Shown: positions 1 to 9,000 of the stretch, piece after piece
How the letters are laid out: each line of letters opens with the position of its first letter
Numbering within the stretch: position 1 is the first letter of the stretch
NCBI GenBank assembly: GCA_964016885.1
Contig: OZ024741.1
Location: forward strand, 246,760,001 to 246,824,000
From: Eledone cirrhosa
Taxonomy: Eukaryota
DNA: 64,000 nucleotides
Reading direction: 5' to 3'
Notes under the pieces: model-generated
What the model saw: only the letters and a program-made list of their open reading frames with translations
What the model was told of the DNA's origin: nothing
The model's database searches: none
Translations under genes and position numbers: made by a program

Positions 1-148
1 ATTTTTTTTACAAATTATCTCCCCCTGATTTTTTTTACAAATTATCTCCCCCTGATTTTTTTTTTACAAATTATCTCCCCCTGATTTTTTTACAAATTAT
101 CTCCCCCTGATTTTTTTTTTACAAATTATCTCCCCCTGATTTTTTTAC
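1..148 (+). repeat. Type-B monomer run (example): AAATTATCTCCCCCTGA(T)nAC
   Basis: Consecutive monomers differ only in T-tract length (T8,T8,T10,T7,T10,T7). B runs separate all A blocks across the window. Confidence 0.97.
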
Positions 149-372
149 AAATTATCTCCCCTTGGCTGGCTGGAAATTATCTCCCCTTGGAGGCTGGAAC
201 TTATCTCCCCTTGGACGGCTAGAAATTACCTCTCCTTGGACGGCTGGAAAATATGTCTCCTTGGACGGCTGGATATTATCTCCCCTTGGACGGCTGGAAA
301 TTATCTCCCCTTGGACGGCTGGAAACTATCTCCCCTTGGATGGCTAGATATTACCTCCCCTTGGACGGCTGG
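149..372 (+). repeat. Block X (example): nine type-A monomers in fixed variant order, about 40 copies in the window
   Basis: Order: GGCTGGCTGG, 24-bp GGAGGCTGG, AACTT..GGCTAG, AAATTACCTCTCC, AAAATATGTCTCC, ATATT, consensus, GGATGGCTAG, ATATTACC. Recurs near 2653, 5957, 8448, 11643, 12296, 12924, 14098 ... 60911, 63351. Confidence 0.95.
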
Positions 373-511
373 AAATTATCTCCCCTTGATTTTTTTTACA
401 AATTATCTCCCCCTGATTTTTTTTTACAAATTATCTCCCCCTGATTTTTTTTTACAAATTATCTCCCCCTGATTTTTGTTTACAAATTATCTCCGCCTGA
501 TTTTTTTAAAA

Positions 512-611
512 AAATTATCTCCCCTTGGACGGCTGGAAATTATCTCCCCTTGGACGGCTAGAAATTACCTCTCCTTGGACGGCTGAAAATTATCTCCCCT
601 TGGACGGCTGG
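512..611 (+). repeat. Block W (example): four type-A monomers
   Basis: Order: consensus, GGCTAG, AAATTACCTCTCC..GGCTGA, consensus. A 2-bp-deleted form (TTACCTCCTT) occurs at ~14501, 16824, 22085, 27867, 32452, 44514, 46523 and 52892. Confidence 0.92.
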
Positions 612-827
612 AAATTATCTCCCCTTGATTTTTTTACAAATTATCTCCCCCTGATTTTTTTTTTACAAATTATCTACCCCTGATTTTTTTTACAAATTAT
701 CTCCCCCTGATTTTTTTTACAAATTATCTCCCCCTGATTTTTTTTTACAAATTATCTCCCCCTGATTTTTTTACAAATTATCTCCCCCTGATTTTTTTTA
801 CAAATTATCTCCGCCTGATTTTTTTAA

Positions 828-927
828 ATATTATCTCTCCTTGGCTGGCGGGAAATTATCTCCCCTTGGACGGCTGGAAATTATCTCCCCTTGGAAGGAT
901 GGAAATTATCTCCCCTTGGACGGCTGG
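828..927 (+). repeat. Block Y (example): four type-A monomers, usually in pairs
   Basis: Order: AT(A/G)TTATCTCTCCTTGGCTGGCGGG, consensus, GGAAGGATGG, consensus or GGCTGA, followed by a CTACCCC B monomer. Pairs are commonly 206 bp apart (841/1047, 17054/17260, 22386/22592). Confidence 0.93.
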
Positions 928-2381
928 AAATTATCTACCCCTGATTTTTTTTACAAATTATCTCCCCCTGATTTTTTTACAAATTATCTCCCCCTGATTT
1001 TTTTTACAAATTATCTCCGCCTGATTTTTTTAAATGTTATCTCTCCTTGGCTGGCGGGAAATTATCTCCCCTTGGACGGCTGGAAATTATCTCCCCTTGG
1101 AAGGATGGAAATTATCTCCCCTTGGACGGCTGAAAATTATCTACCCCTGATTTTTTTTACAAATTATCTCCCCCTGATTTTTTTTACAAATTATCTCCCC
1201 CTGATTTTTTTTACAAATTATCTACCCCTGATTTTTTCTACAAATTATCTCCCCCTGATTTTTTTTACAAATTATCTCCCCCTGATTTTTTTTTTACAAA
1301 TTATCTCCCCCTGATTTTTTTTTACAAATTATCTACCCCTGATTTTTTTTTACAAATTATCTACCCCTGATTTTTTTTTACAAATTATCTCCCCCTGATT
1401 TTTTTTACAAATTATCTCCCCCTGATTTTTTTTACAAATTATCTACATCTGATTTTTTTACAAATTATCTCCCCTTGGCTGGCTGGAAATTATCTCCCCT
1501 TGGACGGCTAGAAATTACCTCTCCTTGGACGGCTGAAAATTATCTCCCCTTGGACGGCTGGAAATTATCTCCCCTTGATTTTTTTACAAATTATCTCCCC
1601 CTGATTTTTTTTTTACAAATTATCTCCCCCTGATTTTTTTTTACAAATTATCTACCCCTGATTTTTTTTTACAAATTATCTCCCCTTGATTTTTTTTACA
1701 AATTTTCTCCCCCTGATTTTTTTTTACAAATTATCTCCCCCTGATTTTTTTTTACAAATTATCTCCCCCTGATTTTTGTTTACAAATTATCTACCCCTGA
1801 TTTTTTTTTACAAATTATCTCCCCCTGATTTTTTTAAATGTTATCTCTCCTTGGCTGGCGGGAAATTATCTCCCCTTGGACGGCTGGAAATTATCTCCCC
1901 TTGGAAGGATGGAAATTATCTCCCCTTGGACGGCTGAAAATTATCTACCCCTGATTTTTTTTACAAATTATCTCCCCCTGATTTTTTTACAAATTATCTC
2001 CGCCTGATTTTTTTAAATGTTATCTCTCCTTGGCTGGCGGGAAATTATCTCCCCTTGGACGGCTGGAAATTATCTCCCCTTGGAAGGATGGAAATTATCT
2101 CCCCTTGGACGGCTGAAAATTATCTACCCCTGATTTTTTTTACAAATTATCTCCCCCTGATTTTTTTTACAAATTATCTCCCCCTGATTTTTTTTACAAA
2201 TTATCTACCCCTGATTTTTTTTACAAATTATCTCCCCCTGATTTTTTTTACAAATTATCTCCCCCTGATTTTTTTTTACAAATTATCTCCCCCTGATTTT
2301 TTTTTACAAATTATCTCCCCCTGATTTTTTTACAAATTATCTCCCCCTGATTTTTTTACAATCTCCGCCTGATTTTTTAAA

Positions 2382-2531
2382 AAATTATCTTCCCTTGGCT
2401 GGCGGGAAATTATCTCCCCTTGGACGGCTGGAAATTATCTCCCCTTGGAAGGATGGAAATTATCTCCGCTTGGACGGCTGGAAATTATCTCCCCTTGCAC
2501 GGCTGGAAATTATAGCCCCTTGGAGGGCTGG
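2382..2531 (+). repeat. Block Z (example): six type-A monomers, 14 complete copies
   Basis: Diagnostic variants are CTTCCC, TTGCACGG and TATAGCCCC..GGAGGG, preceded by a 4-bp-deleted B monomer (ACAATCTCCGCC). Copies at ~2395, 8190, 11358, 16173, 18627, 26059, 28690, 30591, 34150, 42679, 45862, 48316, 54564 and 63093. Confidence 0.94.
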
Positions 2532-2974
2532 AAATTATCTCCCCTTGATATTTTTTACAAATTATCTCCCCCTGATTTTTTTTTCAAATTATCTCCCCCT
2601 GATTTTTTTTACAAATTATCTCCCCCCTGATTTTTTTACAAATTATCTCCCCTTGGCTGGCTGGAAATTATCTCCCCTTGGAGGCTGGAACTTATCTCCC
2701 CTTGGACGGCTAGAAATTACCTCTCCTTGGACGGCTGGAAAATATGTCTCCTTGGACGGCTGGATATTATCTCCCCTTGGACGGCTGGAAATTATCTCCC
2801 CTTGGACGGCTGGAAATTATCTCCCCTTGGATGGCTAGATATTACCTCCCCTTGGACGGCTGGAAATTATCTCCCCTTGATTTTTTTTACAAATTATCTC
2901 CCCCTGATTTTTTTTTAAAAATTATCTCCCCCTGAATTTTGTTTACAAATTATCTCCGCCTGATTTTTTTTTAA

Positions 2975-3099
2975 AAATTATCTCCCCTTGGACGGCTGGA
3001 AATTATCTCCCCTTGGACGGCTGGAAATTATATCTCCTTGGACGGCTAGAATTTACCTCTCCTTGGACGGCTGAAAATTATCTCCCCTTGGACGGCTGG
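2975..3099 (+). repeat. Block V (example): five type-A monomers, related to W
   Basis: W-like block with an extra monomer and variants TATATCTCC and AGAATTTACC. It occupies the same slot as W downstream of X. Confidence 0.9.
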
Positions 3100-6000
3100 A
3101 AATTATCTCCCCTTGATTTTTTTTACAAATTATCTCCCCCTGATTTTTTTTTACAAATTATCTCCCCCTGATTTTTTTTTACAAATTATCTCCCCCTGAT
3201 TTTTTTTTACAAATTATCTCCGCCTGATTTTTTTTACAAATTATCTCTGCCTGATTTTTTTAAATATTATCTCTCCTTGGCTGGCGGGAAATTATCTCCC
3301 CTTGGACGGCTGGAAATTATCTCCCCTTGGAAGGATGGAAATTATCTCCCCTTGGACGGCTGGAAATTATCTACCCCTGATTTTTTTTACAAATTATCTC
3401 CCCCTGATTTTTTTACAAATTATCTCCCCCTGATTTTTTTTACAAATTATCTCCGCCTGATTTTTTTAAATGTTATCTCTCCTTGGCTGGCGGGAAATTA
3501 TCTCCCCTTGGACGGCTGGAAATTATCTCCCCTTGGAAGGATGGAAATTATCTCCCCTTGGACGGCTGAAAATTATCTACCCCTGATTTTTTTTACAAAT
3601 TATCTCCCCCTGATTTTTTTTACAAATTATCTCCCCCTGATTTTTTTTACAAATTATCTACCCCTGATTTTTTCTACAAATTATCTCCCCCTGATTTTTT
3701 TTACAAATTATCTCCCCCTGATTTTTTTTTTACAAATTATCTCCCACTGATTTTTTTACAAATTATCTCCCCCTGATTTTTTTTTACAAATTATCTCCCC
3801 CTGATTTTTTTACAAATTATCTCCCCTTGGCTGGCTGGAAATTTTCTCCCCTTGGAGGCTGGAACTTATCTCCCCTTGGACGGCTAGAAATTACCTCCTT
3901 GGACGGCTGAAAATTATCTCCCCTTGGACGGCTGGAAATTATCTCCCCTTGATTTTTTTACAAATTATCTCCCCCTGATTTTTTTTTTACAAATTATCTC
4001 CCCCTGATTTTTTTTTACAAATTATCTACCCCTGATTTTTTTTTACAAATTATCTCCCCCTGATTTTTTTTACAAATTATCTCCCCTGATTTTTTTTTAC
4101 AAATTATCTCCCCCTGATTTTTTTACAAATTATCTCCCCCTGATTTTTTTTACAAATTATCTCCGCCTGATTTTTTTAAATATTATCTCTCCTTGGCTGG
4201 CGGGAAATTATCTCCCCTTGGACGGCTGGAAATTATCTCCCCTTGGAAGGATGGAAATTATCTCCCCTTGGACGGCTGGAAATTATCTACCCCTGATTTT
4301 TTTTACAAATTATCTCCCCCTGATTTTTTTTACAAATTATCTCCCCCTGATTTTTTTTTACAAATTATCTACATCTGATTTTTTTACAAATTATCTCCCC
4401 TTGGCTGGCTGGAAATTATCTTCCCTTGGACGGCTAGAAATTACCTCTCCTTGGACGGCTGAAAATTATCTCCCCTTGGACGGCTGGAAATTATCTCCCC
4501 TTGATTTTTTTACAAATTATCTCCCCCTGATTCTTTTTTTACAAATTATTTCCCCCTGATTTTTTTTTACAAATTATCTACCCCTGATTTTTTTTTACAA
4601 ATTATCTCCCCTTGATTTTTTTTACAAATTATCTCCCCCTGATTTTTTTTTACAAATTATCTCCCCCTGATTTTTTTTTACAAATTATCTCCCCCTGATT
4701 TTTGTTTACAAATTATCTCCGCCTGATTTTTTTAAAAAAATTATCTCCCCTTGGACGGCTGGAAATTATCTCCCCTTGGACGGCTAGAAATTACCTCTCC
4801 TTGGACGGCTGGAAATTATCTCCCCTTGATTTTTTTACAAATTATCTCCCCATGATTTTTTTTTACAAATTATCTCCCCCTGATTTTTTTTTACAAATTA
4901 TCTACCCCTGATTTTTTTTTACAAATTATCTCCCCCTGATTTTTTTTTACGAATTATCTCCCCCTGATTTTTTTTTACAAATTATCTCCCCCTGATTTTT
5001 TTAAATGTTATCTCTCCTTGGCTGGCGGGAAATTATCTCCCCTTGGACGGCTGGAAATTATCTCCCCTTGGAAGGATGGAAATTATCTCCCCTTGGACGG
5101 CTGAAAATTATCTACCCCTGATTTTTCTTACAAATTATCTCCCCCTGATTTTTTTACAAATTATCTCCGCCTGATTTTTTTAAATGTTATCTCTCCTTGG
5201 CTGGCGGGAAATTATCTCCCCTTGGACGGCTGGAAATTATCTCCCCTTGGAAGGATGGAAATTATCTCCCCTTGGACGGCTGAAAATTATCTACCCCTGA
5301 TTTTTTTTACAAATTATCTCCCCCTGATTTTTTTTACAAATTATCTCCCCCTGATTTTTTTTACAAATTATCTACCCCTGATTTTTTTTACAAATTATCT
5401 CCCCCTGATTTTTTTTACAAATTATCTCCCCCTGATTTTTTTTTACAAATTATCTCCCCCTGATTTTTTTTTACAAATTATCTCCCCCTGATTTTTTTAC
5501 AAATTATCTCCCCCTGATTTTTTTACAATCTCCGCCTGATTTTTTAAAAAATTATCTTCCCTTGGCTGGCGGGAAATTATCTCCCCTTGGACGGCTGGAA
5601 ATTATCTCCCCTTGGAAGGATGGAAATTATCTCCCCTTGGACGGCTGGAAATTATCTCCCCTTGGAAGGATGGAAATTATCTCCCCTTGGACGGCTGAAA
5701 ATTATCTACCCCTGATTTTTTTTACAAATTATCTCCCCCTGATTTTTTTTACAAATTATCTCCCCCTGATTTTTTTTACAAATTATCTACCCCTGATTTT
5801 TTTTACAAATTATCTCCCCCTGATTTTTTTTACAAATTATCTCCCCCTGATTTTTTTTTTACAAATTATCTCCCCCTGATTTTTTTACAAATTATCTCCC
5901 CCTGATTTTTTTTTTACAAATTATCTCCCCCTGATTTTTTTACAAATTATCTCCCCTTGGCTGGCTGGAAATTATCTCCCCTTGGAGGCTGGAACTTATC

Positions 6001-9000
6001 TCCCCTTGGACGGCTAGAAATTACCTCTCCTTGGACGGCTGGAAAATATGTCTCCTTGGACGGCTGGATATTATCTCCCCTTGGACGGCTGGAAATTATC
6101 TCCCCTTGGACGGCTGGAAACTATCTCCCCTTGGATGGCTAGATATTACCTCCCCTTGGACGGCTGGAAATTATCTCCCCTTGATTTTTTTTACAAATTA
6201 TCTCCCCCTGATTTTTTTTTACAAATTATCTCCCCCTGATTTTTTTTTACAAATTATCTCCCCCTGATTTTTGTTTACAAATTATCTCCGCCTGATTTTT
6301 TTAAAAAAATTATCTCCCCTTGGACGGCTGGAAATTATCTCCCCTTGGACGGCTAGAAATTACCTCTCCTTGGACGGCTGAAAATTATCTCCCCTTGGAC
6401 GGCTGGAAATTATCTCCCCTTGATTTTTTTACAAATTATCTCCCCCTGATTTTTTTTTTACAAATTATCTACCCCTGATTTTTTTTACAAATTATCTCCC
6501 CCTGATTTTTTTTACAAATTATCTCCCCCTGATTTTTTTTCACAAATTATCTCCCCCTGATTTTTTTACAAATTATCTCCCCCTGATTTTTTTTACAAAT
6601 TATCTCCGCCTGATTTTTTTAAATATTATCTCTCCTTGGCTGGCGGGAAATTATCTCCCCTTGGACGGCTGGAAATTATCTCCCCTTGGAAGGATGGAAA
6701 TTATCTCCCCTTGGACGGCTGGAAATTATCTACCCCTGATTTTTTTTACAAATTATCTCCCCCTGATTTTTTTACAAATTATCTCCCCCTGATTTTTTTT
6801 ACAAATTATCTCCGCCTGATTTTTTTAAATGTTATCTCTCCTTGGCTGGCGGGAAATTATCTCCCCTTGGACGGCTGGAAATTATCTCCCCTTGGAAGGA
6901 TGGAAATTATCTCCCCTTGGACGGCTGAAAATTATCTACCCCTGATTTTTTTTACAAATTATCTCCCCCTGATTTTTTTTACAAATTATCTCCCCCTGAT
7001 TTTTTTTACAAATTATCTACCCCTGATTTTTTCTACAAATTATCTCCCCCTGATTTTTTTTACAAATTATCTCCCCCTGATTTTTTTTTTACAAATTATC
7101 TCCCCCTGATTTTTTTTTACAAATTATCTACCCCTGATTTTTTTTTACAAATTATCTACCCCTGATTTTTTTTTACAAATTATCTCCCCCTGATTTTTTT
7201 TACAAATTATCTCCCCCTGATTTTTTTTACAAATTATCTACATCTGATTTTTTTACAAATTATCTCCCCTTGGCTGGCTGGAAATTATCTCCCCTTGGAC
7301 GGCTAGAAATTACCTCTCCTTGGACGGCTGAAAATTATCTCCCCTTGGACGGCTGAAAATTATCTCCCCTTGATTTTTTTACAAATTATCTCCCCCTGAT
7401 TTTTTTTTTACAAATTATCTCCCCCTGATTTTTTTTTACAAATTATCTACCCCTGATTTTTTTTTACAAATTATCTCCCCTTGATTTTTTTTACAAATTT
7501 TCTCCCCCTGATTTTTTTTTACAAATTATCTCCCCCTGATTTTTTTTTACAAATTATCTCCCCCTGATTTTTGTTTACAAATTATCTACCCCTGATTTTT
7601 TTTTACAAATTATCTCCCCCTGATTTTTTTAAATGTTATCTCTCCTTGGCTGGCGGGAAATTATCTCCCCTTGGACGGCTGGAAATTATCTCCCCTTGGA
7701 AGGATGGAAATTATCTCCCCTTGGACGGCTGAAAATTATCTACCCCTGATTTTTTTTACAAATTATCTCCCCCTGATTTTTTTACAAATTATCTCCGCCT
7801 GATTTTTTTAAATGTTATCTCTCCTTAACTGGCGGGAAATTATCTCCCCTTGGACGGCTGGAAATTATCTCCCCTTGGAAGGATGGAAATTATCTCCCCT
7901 TGGACGGCTGAAAATTATCTACCCCTGATTTTTTTTACAAATTATCTCCCCCTGATTTTTTTTACAAATTATCTCCCCCTGATTTTTTTTACAAATTATC
8001 TACCCCTGATTTTTTTTACAAATTATCTCCCCCTGATTTTTTTTACAAATTATCTCCCCCTGATTTTTTTTTACAAATTATCTCCCCCTGATTTTTTTTT
8101 ACAAATTATCTCCCCCTGATTTTTTTACAAATTATCTCCCCCTGATTTTTTTACAATCTCCGCCTGATTTTTTAAAAAATTATCTTCCCTTGGCTGGCGG
8201 GAAATTATCTCCCCTTGGACGGCTGGAAATTATCTCCCCTTGGAAGGATGGAAATTATCTCCGCTTGGACGGCTGGAAATTATCTCCCCTTGCACGGCTG
8301 GAAATTATAGCCCCTTGGAGGGCTGGAAATTATCTCCCCTTGATATTTTTTACAAATTATCTCCCCCTGATTTTTTTTTCAAATTATCTCCCCCTGATTT
8401 TTTTTACAAATTATCTCCCCCCTGATTTTTTTACAAATTATCTCCCCTTGGCTGGCTGGAAATTATCTCCCCTTGGAGGCTGGAACTTATCTCCCCTTGG
8501 ACGGCTAGAAATTACCTCTCCTTGGACGGCTGGAAAATATGTCTCCTTGGACGGCTGGATATTATCTCCCCTTGGACGGCTGGAAATTATCTCCCCTTGG
8601 ACGGCTGGAAATTATCTCCCCTTGGATGGCTAGATATTACCTCCCCTTGGACGGCTGGAAATTATCTCCCCTTGATTTTTTTTACAAATTATCTCCCCCT
8701 GATTTTTTTTTTAAAATTATCTCCCCCTGAATTTTGTTTACAAATTATCTCCGCCTGATTTTTTTTTTAAAATTATCTCCCCTTGGACGGCTGGAAATTA
8801 TCTCCCCTTGGACGGCTGGAAATTATATCTCCTTGGACGGCTAGAATTTACCTCTCCTTGGACGGCTGAAAATTATCTCCCCTTGGACGGCTGGAAATTA
8901 TCTCCCCTTGATTTTTTTTACAAATTATCTCCCCCTGATTTTTTTTTACAAATTATCTCCCCCTGATTTTTTTTTACAAATTATCTCCCCCTGATTTTTT

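Noticed and set aside
1-148. Poly-T runs as intrinsic terminators, or TTATC cores as DnaA boxes or iterons
   Set aside because: There is no GC-rich hairpin before the T runs, TTATCTCCC differs from the DnaA box TTATCCACA, and no gene or rep ORF is present.
149-372. Telomerase-synthesised long repeat (25-bp yeast-type)
   Set aside because: Two interleaved monomer families with variants inherited in kb-scale blocks indicate DNA-level duplication, not copying from one RNA template.
844-851. GCTGGCGG in Y and Z, one mismatch from E. coli Chi (GCTGGTGG)
   Set aside because: It is not the exact motif, there is no evidence of a bacterial context, and the recurrence simply reflects repeat amplification.
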